Shown here: one piece after another, positions 26,501 through 36,800 of the stretch
How the letters are laid out: each line of letters starts with the position of its first letter
Numbering within the stretch: position 1 is the first letter of the stretch
Origin: a virus
Taxonomy: Duplodnaviria; Caudoviricetes
Length of the DNA stretch: 54,904 nucleotides
Strand: one strand, 5' to 3'
IMG/VR virus record: IMGVR_UViG_3300033273_000309
Coordinates: 1-54,904 of that record
Made by a program: the position numbers and the translations under genes
The notes under the pieces: generated by a model
What the model was told of the DNA's origin: nothing
Seen by the model: only the letters and a program-made list of their open reading frames with translations
The model's database searches: none

Positions 26501-29500
26501 TAAGTTCTTATGATCGTGAAAGATATTCCGAAGAACTACCTTTAATTGATTATTATAGATCCAGTGATATCATTGACCTTAGACCAAGAGTTGTACCATA
26601 TGATAGTGCAACCACTCCATATTCTCCATTTGAATTCGCTGCTAGAAAGTTCTCCACAACATTAAATTCTACACCATATAATTTCGCTAAAGATAAGAGT
26701 CTTTTCTTAAGTTATAATTATTATCTTGCGAGAGTTGATAAATTATATCTAAACAGATATGGAGAATTCTTTATTACAAAAGGAGTCCCATCACTAACTC
26801 CAATTTCTCCACCACCAGTGGACAATGCATTGGAAGTAGCCACAATTTCAATGTCCCCATATGTCTATGATATTAATGATGTAACAGTACAATTGTCTTC
26901 GCATAAACGTTATAGAATGCAAGACATTTCCAGACTTGAAGATAGAGTGAGAAATGTTGAATACTATTCCTCCCTATCTTTACTTGAAACTGATACAAAA
27001 AATCTAACTATAAGAGATTCTTCTACTCAATTAGATAAATTTAAGTGCGGATTCTTAGTAGATAACTTCAAATCAGTATCTAGTGGTTCTTTAGGAAATC
27101 CTCAACACAAGTGTAGTATTGATACTAAAGAAGGTGTTCTGAGAGCTCAACATTATACAACTTCTCTAGACATGCTTCTAGGTTCTGAAGCCGTAGTAGG
27201 AACTTCTAGTAATTCAAATCCAGATGCTGATTTGAGATTCGTCAAGGAATTGGGAAGTCCAAATACAGTTAAAGTTGGTGATGTTGTTTGTTTAAAATAT
27301 TCTGATGTAGAATTCCTGAAGAATACTTTTGCAACACGAATCGAAAACGTTAATCCATTTGCTGTTGTTAACTGGATTGGTGTTATTGAACTAAATCCCG
27401 CAACTGATACTTGGGTAGAAACTAAGTTGACAAAACGAACTGTAGACCAAGAGGGTAATTATTCTCAATCAATACAACAACTGGGTATTGATAGTAACAC
27501 AGGATTATCTCCAATTGACTGGGGAGCATGGGAAACTACCTGGACTGGCACCAGGGAGGTGAGTCGTCAAAACATGGGAAGTATCAAAGTCGGAAGTAAA
27601 ACTATTGGTAAGAGCACACGTAGAGGAAGATACCAAAGAGGTCGTGGTGTTCCAATTACAACTACAAAGACAATCAGAGATCAGTTTACCACATTTACGA
27701 ATGTGACCACACTAACAACTGGTGGTCAAGCTAGAAAAGGTATTCAATATAAGGTTAGTGAAAAATATGATACTGTTAACTTAGGCAAATCTATAATCGC
27801 TACAGATATCATTCACACAATGAGATCTAGAAACATTGAATTTATAGCGAAACGATTAAAACCAAAAACTAAGTTGTATTGTTTCTTTGATAATGTTGAT
27901 ATGATGAAATATGTCGTTCCAAAACTCATTGAAATTGAGATGGAGAGTGGCACTTTCTCTACGGGAGAAACAGTAACTGGTACTTTGGGTACAACTTCGA
28001 TTAGATTTAGATTAGCATCACCTAATCATAAGTATGGTCCATATAAGAATGCAGATCAAGTCTTTACAAATAGTCCATATGCACCAACTCAAACTATTCC
28101 TTCTTCATATTCAACAACTTCTAAAATATTAAATGTCGATACAGCATCTTTAGAGTTGCAATCTGCTTCTGGATTTTATGGACATATCGTTAAAAATATG
28201 CAATTGAAAGGAGAAACTTCCAAAGCTATTGCTAAAGTAACGGATATTAGGTTGATCACTGATAATTCCGGAACATTAATTGGTTCCTTGTTTATTCCAA
28301 ACTCTAAACTTCAATCTACTCCATCGTTTGAAACTGGAACAAAAACTTTTGTTCTTACAACTAGTGACACCAATGCCACTATCGTAGGTTCAACAGATAG
28401 TACAGGTGATACTAAATTTACTTCTTCGGGAACATTGAATACTGAAGAGGAGTTAACTCTAAGAACAAGAAATGCAAATATTGAAAGACTCGATAGAAGT
28501 GAAGAAAGAACTTTCAGTTTCACTTCAACAAACTTACGAGCAGGAACAACATTTAATAATCGTACTGTAAAACAAACAAGATGGGTTGACCCTCTTGCAC
28601 AATCCTTTGAGGTTCCTGATGAAAATGGTGTATTTATTACCAAGTGTGATATATTCTTCCAAGCGAAAGACACAAATAATTTGCCAGTTACCTGTCAAAT
28701 TAGAACCATGCAAACTGGTTTACCAACAACAACTATTGTTCCTTTCGGAGAAGTTGTTCTAGATCCAAGTCAGGTAGTTTTATCTGAAGATGGTAAAACT
28801 CCAACTACTTTTACTTTCCCATCCCCAGTATATCTAGAAACTGGAAATTCTTATTGTATAGTTCTACTTTCTGCATCGAACGAGTATAAAGTTTGGGTCT
28901 CTCGTATGGGAGAAGAAGATGTAACAACATTGAATTTACCAGAGTCGCAGAAGATCGTGGTGTCGCAACAACCACTACTAGGTTCTCTGTTTAAATCTCA
29001 AAACGGTGCAACTTGGGATCCTAGCCAGTTGGAAGACTTGAAACTGACTCTATATAGAGCAAACTTTGTTAAAGAACCTTCTACAGTTAGATTCTATAAT
29101 CCTAAACTAGATGTTGGTAATAATCAAATTGCAACTCTAAAAACAAATCCACTTGACACGATTTCTAAATCTGTCCTTGTTGGTTTGGCTAAGAGTTTAA
29201 GTTCAACTGAAGTTAGTGGATTGACTCCTGGAGTTACTGTCCTCCAAAGTAATAATTCACTATTTACTTCAAACTTGAAGAGTGTTATTGGAGCCATTGG
29301 AATTGGTAGTACTTTGTCAGTAACTTCTGCTGGAATTGGATTTACTTCCAACTTTAAGACATATTCCAATGTAGATTTGGTTTCTATAACTGGTTCTGGT
29401 TTTGGTGCAAAGGTCAATATTAGTGTTGATAATGGAGTTGCGATAGCGGCAACCGTTTCTATTGGTGGTACTGGATATGCATTTGGTGATGCTTTAGAGG

Positions 29501-31089
29501 TAAATTATACACAAACTGACGGACTCGGTGACAATCTAGTACTTACAATTCCTAATAATGTTGGAGTAATTTCCGCATTCAACTCTTTGATAGTGACAAA
29601 TGTTCAGGGTTCCTTAACTCAAAATACAATAGATAGTTTATTCTATGTTGGAACAGGTGGCACATCACTTTTATCTGGTGCAACTGTTAATACTATTGAT
29701 GATTTGACGGATGGATTACATTTCAAAGTTACTCACACTAATCACGGAATGTATTCTGGTGTTGATAAGGTAACTCTTTCTGGACTAGAACCAGACTTGA
29801 AACCAGAAACTCTCAAAGCAGCATATAATTCTACATCTACAGAAAGTATTGTTGTTAGTAACGTTGGAATATTTACAAGCTTTGAGAATGTTCCAGTTTC
29901 TTCCGTAAACCCAGGTTACATCTTGGTTGATAGTGAAGTTATTGGTTATACTGGAGTTGTTACTTCTACCAATAGTTTGACTGGAATAACTAGAAATATT
30001 GATAATTCTGTTTCTGGAAGTTACCCACTTGAATTACCAATATTTAAATATGAATTAAATGGAGTTTCTCTGAGAAGAATTAACAAGACCCATAATTTCT
30101 CTGACAGTGACTTGGTAACTTATCCAAATGATTTGGATTATTACTACATTAGAGTTGGTATGAATAGTAGAGGTATTGATAGAACTCCAGGTAATCCTCT
30201 TGGTCTTCCCGCATTGTATTGGAGATCAAACAAATCTTGTGGATCTTATGATACAGTTCCATTAGAACTATCACCAAAAGGACCAAAAGCGACTCAGAAC
30301 GTACCGTTCAATATTATTAGACCAAATTTCGCTATAATGTTGCCTCAACAAACAAATGTATCATCTACAATGAGAACAATAAGTGGTTCTTCGCCAGATA
30401 GTACATTACCTGCATACGTTGATCAAGGATTCGTTGAAGTTGCCTTAAATGATAATAATTATTTTGAAACTCCTAGAATAATTGCTTCTCAGATTAATGA
30501 AGATACTTACTTATCTGATCTTCCAGGTAGTAAGTCTCTAACTATGGAATTGATCATGAGTACTGAGGATGAAAAAGTTTCACCAATGATTGACTTGGAT
30601 AGAATTAATTTGATTACTGTCGCAAACAGACTTAATTCTAAAGTTACAAACTATGCAACAGATCCAAGAGTTAATTCACTGAATGCTGATCCATGTGCAA
30701 CAACTTATTTGAGTAACGTTGTTCTCTTAGAAAAAGTTTCAGATAGTATAAAAGTATTCTTTGATGCCTTTAGAGATGTATCGAATGATATTAGAGTATG
30801 TTATAGAATCTTTAGATCGGATGTTCCAGAAACTTCTCAGTTATGGCAGTTGTTTCCCGGATATGATAATCTTGATGCTAATGGTCAAGTTATTAATTCT
30901 GCAAAAAATAATGGACTGCCTGATAAGTTTGTTCCCGCTTCAGTTACAGAGGAAGACTTTAAATCTTATGAATTTACAGCTAATAACCTACCACAGTTTA
31001 ATGGATTCCAAATAAAAATCATGATGACAGGTACTAATTCATCATTTGTACCTCAAATTTCGGACTTTAGAGTTATTTCAACTATTTGA
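23578..31089 (+). CDS. Large virion structural protein, VrlC/DUF4815-like
   Basis: NLN.SPYFDDFD..KNY.RVLFKPG.P.QARELT.LQS; APGADR; LARRT.DESGDY; YxMxDI.RLE.R; DPLAQSF, all typical of cyanophage 'VrlC-like' proteins. Confidence 0.85.
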   Translation: MAQNTNLNTSPYFDDFDPQKNYQRVLFKPGTPIQARELTTLQSLLQNQVEKFGKHFFKEGQVVIPGNTAYDSEYTCVQIDPTHLGIDVSIYLNFLVGKQIKGETSGVTAKIERFITSEESENDNFTLYIKYQSSSEINFTANKFVDGENLIVLENIDYGIGVIKLESSFATTIIADSTATGSAIKIEEGVYFIRGFFVDVFPQTVILDQYSNLPSYRVGLSIFEDIAMPSQANADLFDNARGFSNFAAPGADRLRITATLIKKSLTDFNDENFVELVRIENGIIKKVPIKQDVSTLITDELARRTNDESGDYYVKPFSVIAKESLNNGVGNNGVYRSDQLTKQGNVPSDDLLSLQISPGKAYVKGYEVETLITVNADLEKPRTTELVEDTTVPFSLGNQLEINRVHGTVPVGFGSTSTVTLYSQRTVTNGVASGIPVGVARVYDLKLKNAEYSDNSSVFEVSAYDFQTYTYLQLNASLTQSLPAFVEGKNSSASGFLAYDVNDSSQIVLYETVGEFNNGEQLKINGEDVSRTVSAVRDYNLGDVRQIVGFTGVTTTFTADTIINGLIPLGPPGTDFTISPASGGISTVTTSTSTFGVGINTGDIFVYTKTGQTNPTYNRVTEVNAAAKSIKIEATQSVTGVNNGSLPTSELETSVTKGIPTLLNPRNAFFFAELEHENIASVDISEGEIVFRKSYPVTIASNGLTATLESDTNLSLEPFDEEDYTLVYDDGTVESMSSSQFSITNARTITLVNLSQNGTATLTATLRKRRLKSKKKIYNRCAVLDIRSSNNNSSGVGATTIADGLTFSPYYGTRVQDDRISLNVPDVVTVLGVYESSDENDADLPKLEIVDLNANILNTVKGEIIYGLTSNAMGFLVSTNGTNRVDFLYVNENTFIQGEKILFGESNVRGQLSLLIEGDRNIVSDFIFESGQTVELADFSSITRKPDVSAPSRRLKIVYNAYYIDPNDDGDFVTVSSYDRERYSEELPLIDYYRSSDIIDLRPRVVPYDSATTPYSPFEFAARKFSTTLNSTPYNFAKDKSLFLSYNYYLARVDKLYLNRYGEFFITKGVPSLTPISPPPVDNALEVATISMSPYVYDINDVTVQLSSHKRYRMQDISRLEDRVRNVEYYSSLSLLETDTKNLTIRDSSTQLDKFKCGFLVDNFKSVSSGSLGNPQHKCSIDTKEGVLRAQHYTTSLDMLLGSEAVVGTSSNSNPDADLRFVKELGSPNTVKVGDVVCLKYSDVEFLKNTFATRIENVNPFAVVNWIGVIELNPATDTWVETKLTKRTVDQEGNYSQSIQQLGIDSNTGLSPIDWGAWETTWTGTREVSRQNMGSIKVGSKTIGKSTRRGRYQRGRGVPITTTKTIRDQFTTFTNVTTLTTGGQARKGIQYKVSEKYDTVNLGKSIIATDIIHTMRSRNIEFIAKRLKPKTKLYCFFDNVDMMKYVVPKLIEIEMESGTFSTGETVTGTLGTTSIRFRLASPNHKYGPYKNADQVFTNSPYAPTQTIPSSYSTTSKILNVDTASLELQSASGFYGHIVKNMQLKGETSKAIAKVTDIRLITDNSGTLIGSLFIPNSKLQSTPSFETGTKTFVLTTSDTNATIVGSTDSTGDTKFTSSGTLNTEEELTLRTRNANIERLDRSEERTFSFTSTNLRAGTTFNNRTVKQTRWVDPLAQSFEVPDENGVFITKCDIFFQAKDTNNLPVTCQIRTMQTGLPTTTIVPFGEVVLDPSQVVLSEDGKTPTTFTFPSPVYLETGNSYCIVLLSASNEYKVWVSRMGEEDVTTLNLPESQKIVVSQQPLLGSLFKSQNGATWDPSQLEDLKLTLYRANFVKEPSTVRFYNPKLDVGNNQIATLKTNPLDTISKSVLVGLAKSLSSTEVSGLTPGVTVLQSNNSLFTSNLKSVIGAIGIGSTLSVTSAGIGFTSNFKTYSNVDLVSITGSGFGAKVNISVDNGVAIAATVSIGGTGYAFGDALEVNYTQTDGLGDNLVLTIPNNVGVISAFNSLIVTNVQGSLTQNTIDSLFYVGTGGTSLLSGATVNTIDDLTDGLHFKVTHTNHGMYSGVDKVTLSGLEPDLKPETLKAAYNSTSTESIVVSNVGIFTSFENVPVSSVNPGYILVDSEVIGYTGVVTSTNSLTGITRNIDNSVSGSYPLELPIFKYELNGVSLRRINKTHNFSDSDLVTYPNDLDYYYIRVGMNSRGIDRTPGNPLGLPALYWRSNKSCGSYDTVPLELSPKGPKATQNVPFNIIRPNFAIMLPQQTNVSSTMRTISGSSPDSTLPAYVDQGFVEVALNDNNYFETPRIIASQINEDTYLSDLPGSKSLTMELIMSTEDEKVSPMIDLDRINLITVANRLNSKVTNYATDPRVNSLNADPCATTYLSNVVLLEKVSDSIKVFFDAFRDVSNDIRVCYRIFRSDVPETSQLWQLFPGYDNLDANGQVINSAKNNGLPDKFVPASVTEEDFKSYEFTANNLPQFNGFQIKIMMTGTNSSFVPQISDFRVISTI

Positions 31090-31093
31090 TATT

Positions 31094-31339
31094 ATGGATC
31101 TTACACCAGTAGAAGGAAACAAAAATCTCTATAGAGATAATAAATCGAATGCTGTGATTAATACATCTGACACTGACTATAACAAATATTTGGAATTGAA
31201 AGAAGCAAAATTAAAAGAAATTGAAAGAATTAATAAAATGGATCAAAAAATCAGTGAGATAGATGAACTTAAGAATGAATTGAGTGAATTGAAATCTCTT
31301 ATGAAAGATTTGGTTTCTCATTTGCAATCTAATTCATAA
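31094..31339 (+). CDS. Small coiled-coil conserved hypothetical protein
   Basis: MDLTPVEGNKNLYRD..SNAVIN...ELKNELSELKSLM. The ATG at 31094 follows the previous stop. Confidence 0.75.
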   Translation: MDLTPVEGNKNLYRDNKSNAVINTSDTDYNKYLELKEAKLKEIERINKMDQKISEIDELKNELSELKSLMKDLVSHLQSNS

Positions 31340-31342
31340 ATA
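31335..31342 (+). promoter_or_regulatory. Late promoter variant (CATAAATA)
   Basis: Overlaps the upstream stop codon, ahead of the ATG at 31364. Confidence 0.55.
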
Positions 31343-31363
31343 CTTAAAAAACGGACTCTAATA

Positions 31364-31696
31364 ATGGCGGCAAGGAATGTAAATTTAGTTCTTGAACAGG
31401 GGGTAGATTTTCAAGCCACCTTTACCATCAATAACTCTAACAATGCTCCATTAAATCTGACAGGATACACTGGAATTTCTTCTATAAGGAAACATCCATC
31501 ATCTTCTACTGCGTATCCATTGACAATAGAATTTCCAGATAGACTAAATGGTCAGGTCAGAATTTCTATGGGATACAGTGCTACTGATGCTATAGAAGGT
31601 GGTAGATATGTTTATGATGTTGTATTGATTTCACCGAATGCTTACAGAAGTAGAGCTGTTCAGGGTAATGTTCTAGTAACTCCAGGAGTATCATAA
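31364..31696 (+). CDS. Small virion structural protein (BppU-like Ig fold)
   Basis: NL.LEQG.DF...F......P.NLTGY...GRYVYDV......R.VQG..LV.PGV pattern. Confidence 0.7.
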   Translation: MAARNVNLVLEQGVDFQATFTINNSNNAPLNLTGYTGISSIRKHPSSSTAYPLTIEFPDRLNGQVRISMGYSATDAIEGGRYVYDVVLISPNAYRSRAVQGNVLVTPGVS

Positions 31697-32373
31697 TGTC
31701 GGATTACATAGTAACATTAAACGAACCTGGTCCATATAGGATTGGTGTAGATTATGAAATTCCAACTAAATCTATACAATATGGAAATATCATTTTAGAT
31801 GATATTAGTTCGCAATTTGATGGATCTACGGTTAATTTTGCTCTGGCTAAAGATGGTACACCATATGTACCTATCAATGATCAACAACTTTTGGTGATGG
31901 TAAATAATACCATATTGAAACCAGTAAAAGATTTCACTATCTCCGGTAGTAATATTATTTTTACCAATCCACCAACCAATGGACAAAATTGTACTGTAGT
32001 TGCTTTAGCTACAACAGCGGATCTAACAAGAACCGTTAATTACATTGTCGATAGTGGATCTATTGCAATGCTGGCTGGAAATAAAGGATCCGTAACATTA
32101 GATGTTAGTGGAATTATTGAGTCTCTCACTATATTTTCGGATCAACAAGGTGATTTGACTTTGGATATTAAAAAATCAAATTATACAAATTTTCCAACAT
32201 TTACTTCAATCGTTGGGGGTACATATCCACAATTTTCCAATTCAAGAAAAGTAAAGGATGATGTCCTAAATAGTTGGGATACATCAATAGTAGCCGGAGA
32301 CATCCTGACGTTTGATGTTATTGCAGTGAATAACATTAATAGATTTCTAATCTCTTTAAAATTAAAATTATAA
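31696..32373 (+). CDS. Virion structural protein (shares the LDDISSQFDG....F module with gp7)
   Basis: ILDDISSQFDG matches VIDDISSQFDG in gp7; LLV.VN...LKP..D.TI.GS.I.FT.PP domain. Confidence 0.7.
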   Translation: MSDYIVTLNEPGPYRIGVDYEIPTKSIQYGNIILDDISSQFDGSTVNFALAKDGTPYVPINDQQLLVMVNNTILKPVKDFTISGSNIIFTNPPTNGQNCTVVALATTADLTRTVNYIVDSGSIAMLAGNKGSVTLDVSGIIESLTIFSDQQGDLTLDIKKSNYTNFPTFTSIVGGTYPQFSNSRKVKDDVLNSWDTSIVAGDILTFDVIAVNNINRFLISLKLKL

Positions 32374-32376
32374 ATA
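32369..32376 (+). promoter_or_regulatory. T4 late promoter TATAAATA
   Basis: Exact consensus upstream of SD AAGGAG and the ATG at 32424. Confidence 0.75.
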
Positions 32377-32423
32377 AAGATAGTTAAATTAAAACGTCAC
32401 CAAAGTTGTAAGGAGTTGTTTAA

Positions 32424-33431
32424 ATGGCACTATTAGTTCCTAATATTGGGGAAATTGAGTCTCTAAGGTATTTGATTGCACAAAATAATCATACTGCTGC
32501 CTTGGCTGACCAGTCACCAAGAAATCTCGTTCTCAAACTCTACACTAGTAACACGACTCCAGCGGAATCGGATGTTCCTTCTGCTACCGCTTATTATGAG
32601 CCATATGGAGTTGGTAATACTAATGCATATGGATATGCACCTTCCACAGGTTATCCATATTGTGTAAATAACAGAACCGATCAAAATTACACATCACAGA
32701 CAGGCATTCTTCTAAACGGATCTCGTTGGAGAATTAATAACGTTGGTTCGGGTACAACCGCAACCTATCCAGAACAGACCTTCACATTCACTGGTGACGC
32801 AGGAGATGTATATGGTTACTATGTAACCCGTGCAAATAATATGCCAGTTGCAGTTCAAGGTGTTGTTCATGGTGCTAGTGTAGGCGTTGGAACAACTGTA
32901 TCCAAAGGTGATAACACCGATCCAGTAATTGGAGTCGTTGGAAACCAATACATCACAATCGATTCAGATCAAAGTGTTGACGACATCACTCTTGGAATGG
33001 TTGTTGGTGGTAATGCTGGTATTGATACTGGATCAACCGTTATCGGTATCGACAGAGCTCTTAAGGTTGTCTACTTAGATAAAGCTCTACTCGATAACAT
33101 TCAGGTTGCTACTTCTCCTACAGTAACATTCAGTTATGGTAAGATTTCTGCAACTGGTCACCAACTAGTTGCTGGAGACGTTATCTACGTTGCAGCTGGA
33201 ACAGGAAATACCACAACCGCATCTGGTACTTATCAAGTATTCAGTGTACCAAACGCAGATGAGTTCTATACTTCACCTGCACTATCACCAACAATGAATT
33301 CCGCTGTTGGACTTGATACCTGCACCCTCTACAGTTCAATCATGTATGCTGAAAGATTCACAAATGGTCCTTACAGCATTCAGAACAACGGAGACCAAAT
33401 CAAGATCACTCTAAACGTCGCTCTTGACTGA
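32424..33431 (+). CDS. Virion structural protein
   Basis: 335 aa. L.LKLY..N.TP.E...Y..QTFTF....VYGYYV...AERF..GPY.I.N.GD.IKIT; has its own late promoter, a strong SD and a terminator. Confidence 0.75.
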   Translation: MALLVPNIGEIESLRYLIAQNNHTAALADQSPRNLVLKLYTSNTTPAESDVPSATAYYEPYGVGNTNAYGYAPSTGYPYCVNNRTDQNYTSQTGILLNGSRWRINNVGSGTTATYPEQTFTFTGDAGDVYGYYVTRANNMPVAVQGVVHGASVGVGTTVSKGDNTDPVIGVVGNQYITIDSDQSVDDITLGMVVGGNAGIDTGSTVIGIDRALKVVYLDKALLDNIQVATSPTVTFSYGKISATGHQLVAGDVIYVAAGTGNTTTASGTYQVFSVPNADEFYTSPALSPTMNSAVGLDTCTLYSSIMYAERFTNGPYSIQNNGDQIKITLNVALD

Positions 33432-33460
33432 TTAATAAATAATTATATAATTGATTTTTT

Positions 33461-33490
33461 GGGGATTGTAATAACTGCAATCCCCTTTTT
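33461..33490 (+). terminator. Rho-independent terminator
   Basis: GGGGATTGTA-ATAAC-TGCAATCCCC stem-loop followed by a T-run. Confidence 0.85.
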
Positions 33491-33519
33491 CATTAATAGG
33501 TCTTTTATTGTCGTGAAGG

Positions 33520-33891
33520 ATGAATATTTACGAGTATAATTCATCTACTATTAACGAATATTCCCAAGAAGATTGTGGTTTTTTGACTGACTCTTCTTGG
33601 GAAGTAATCGACTGTGGAAATTTAGATGATGATATTGTTTCAAAAGAAGATTCGTATACTATAGATTGTAATGAGACACTAACTCCTTTTGGTGGCGTTA
33701 AAGTCGGCGGTGGTAGTACAAAGTATAAGAAGATCAATTCCGTATTTAAGAAATATCTTGATCTTAACTCCAGATCAATTATTTTCTACGGAATTGTTCT
33801 TCGTTGGGTTGGATTCAGTGTTCTGTTCCAACTTTCCAATGATATGAAGAGAGTAGTAATACCTGATGTTTCGGGTGGAGGTGTTTCGTGA
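33520..33891 (+). CDS. Hypothetical protein with one degenerate copy of the downstream repeat
   Basis: YEYN...EDCG.L....DCG......PFGG.KV.G resembles the YDYN...D.G.I...DYG...PFG unit of 33888..39209; GTGA stop/start overlap. Confidence 0.65.
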   Translation: MNIYEYNSSTINEYSQEDCGFLTDSSWEVIDCGNLDDDIVSKEDSYTIDCNETLTPFGGVKVGGGSTKYKKINSVFKKYLDLNSRSIIFYGIVLRWVGFSVLFQLSNDMKRVVIPDVSGGGVS

Positions 33892-36800
33892 ATACCTTCC
33901 ACTATAATGCAGATTGCGGACAACCAGATCCAGAAATTTGGGGCGGCGGCGCAGTAGGAGGCCCACTTCTAGTAGTATCTGGTCAAGACTTTTTAAGTAA
34001 CTTATCGAAAAAATATATTGGCGAGACGCCAACACTTAGATTATCTGACGAAACAGATTCTAGATTAATAAAAAAATATATTGGCGATTATCCCACACTT
34101 AGATTTAGTTCTTTTGGGATAGAATTTTTAGTATATAACGTCCCGGAAAATGTCGCAACAATTTCTTTCCAGGGCGAAGGTGTTTCTAAATTAATTACAC
34201 AGGAAGAATTAAGTACAGCAAATCTATTATCTTCCGGATTCATAACTGAAAGAAGATCATACGATTATTCCAATCCTGATTCAAATGTAGAGTTTTTAAC
34301 CGAAGACGATGGATTAATTACGTCATCGGTCACTGGTACTGTAGATTATGGATTTATTACAGATCCATTGGAAGAACACTTAGATTATGGATCTACAGAA
34401 ATATTAGAGAACACTCCAGCTGCTACAGGTCTGATACAGGTATCAGGAGTCTCAAATAATTCTGCATTTGTTAAAGAAATAAACACGGTACTACTAGAGG
34501 TCTCTGGAACTTGTATAGAAGAGGTTTCCTTTGATCCTCCAATCGATGAAGCGGAATATGAAAATGATACAAGTTCAACTCTACTAACCTTCGACAATAC
34601 ATCATTAACATTTGATGCTAGTGAACCAAAACCGAATATTAAACTAACTGGATCATCGATAGATTTATTGATATCAAATACTCCAGAAGAAACTGTTGAT
34701 ATTCAAAATACTGGAATAGCTAAAGAATCTGTAGGATATGATTATAGTTTCCCAACTGTAATTCCATTTGTACAGGATGATGATGGATCAATTACTGATA
34801 GTGTAACATTTGTCGCTGATTATGGATTTATAACTGGAGAAGTAAGTCAAGGTAATGATGATCTTGGATTAATTATAAATTCATCTCCAGTATTACCATT
34901 TGGTACTATTGCCAACATAACTGGATCTGCATTTGTAAAAGCACCTGATGATATCAGAACTTATAACGCATCTGGTGAATATAGAGTAAGTTACAGTCCA
35001 GATGATACAACAGGAACTCTCTTCGGATTCGGTGAAAAACTAGAGTCTACTGTATACGATTACAATTTAAATTCCGAAAATGTCTTTGTAACAATCGATG
35101 ATGGATTAATTACATCACCAGTTACTTTGATTGTAGATTATGGATTTGTCTATGAAACTGCAATAACTGGCAGCGATGATTACCTCACGATTGAGGTAAC
35201 ATCTTCCGATCAACCATTTGGATCTTTATCTGTAAGTGGTTCTGCAGATACACAATGGATTAACAAGAACTTCTCACGTAGTGATACAGAAGGTGAATAT
35301 AGAGTAAGTTACAGTCCAGATGATACAACAGGAACTCTCTTCGGATTTGGAGAGAGAATAGAGTCCACTACTTATGATTATAATGATTCCGCGGCTCTAA
35401 TCCTAGAATCCGCTGACAGTGGATTAATTACGGAACCAGTAACGAGTATTGTTGATTATGGATTTGTTACGGAAATACCAACTGGACAAGAAGATGATGG
35501 ATTAATTACCGTTGCACAAACTCTTGTTCCATTTGGTGGACTATCCATTAGTGGTTCTGCTGAGACTGATTGGACTAATAAGAACTTCTCTGGATCCGGA
35601 CAATATAGAGTTATCCATAATCCAGAGGCATCTGGATCACTATTTGGATTCGGTGAAAAACTAGAGTCCAGAACATTTGAATATACTGATCAAGCTGTAT
35701 TGATAGTTGGTGATCCAGATTATGGACAAATTTCTGTTGGAGCAACAACTATTTCCGATTATGGATTAGTATCAGAAACGCATTCTCAAACAGACGATCT
35801 TGGATGGGTTACTGGATTCCCAGCGGTTGGTGACGTATATCCATTCGGATCAATAACAATTTCTGGTGATGCTCTAGTTTCTAATCCAGGTCAGATTCCA
35901 GAAGGAACAGTTGTCATTAGCATTTCTGGAATCAAGGATGAAAGTGTAAGATATACTCCAGAAATTAATAAGAAACGTTATGACCTATCGTTTGATTCTG
36001 GAACTATAAGTCTAGATTCCACGACAGAGACATTTGACGATACTACAGAACAACCAAATATCAAACTGACAGGAAGTTATGATGCTCCTGCAGTTCACTC
36101 TGAAGTTGGATCTGGATCTCTATTCAACCTTGGAATTGCAGATGAGTCTGCAACATATGATTATAACAATGAATCTGCAGTTATACTCATAACCACAGAT
36201 AGTGGTTTAATTACAGATGCAGTAACAAATGTTGTTGATTATGGATTGATCACTGATCCTGTTATTGGTCAGGATGATGGTGGATTAATTTCTGATGTTC
36301 AAACTGTCCTTCCATTTGGTGGATTAACAGTCAGTGGTTCTGCAGATGTCGAATACAGAAATGTCAACATTTATGCAGAGGGTGTTGTAAGTCGTACTTT
36401 TAGTCCAGATGATACAACAGGAACTCTCTTCGGATTTGGTGAAAAACTAGAGTCCGTAACACACAGATATACTGAGCAGTCTGTACTGATAGTTGGTGAT
36501 CCTGATTATGGCGTGATTGCTGTAGGACATACTAGAACGGATGATTATGGAGTAATTACTGAAGTACATGGTCAAACTGATGATCTTGGATGGTTGGTTG
36601 GATTCCCAGCAATTGATGATGTATATCCATATGGATCCATCTCCATTCTCGGTTCTGCTGAAGAGTCTAGTATTTCGAGTGAAGTTCTAGCAGGACTATT
36701 TGTAATTTCTGGATCCGCTATTCTCGATTACACTCCAGAATTTATTGGATCTGGACCAATCAATGTCTCTGGATCTGCACATGTTACCTTCAGTCCAGAC

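Noticed and set aside
33434-33441. AATAAATA late-promoter-like site
   Set aside because: It lies immediately upstream of a strong terminator in an AT-rich gap, so it is probably chance.
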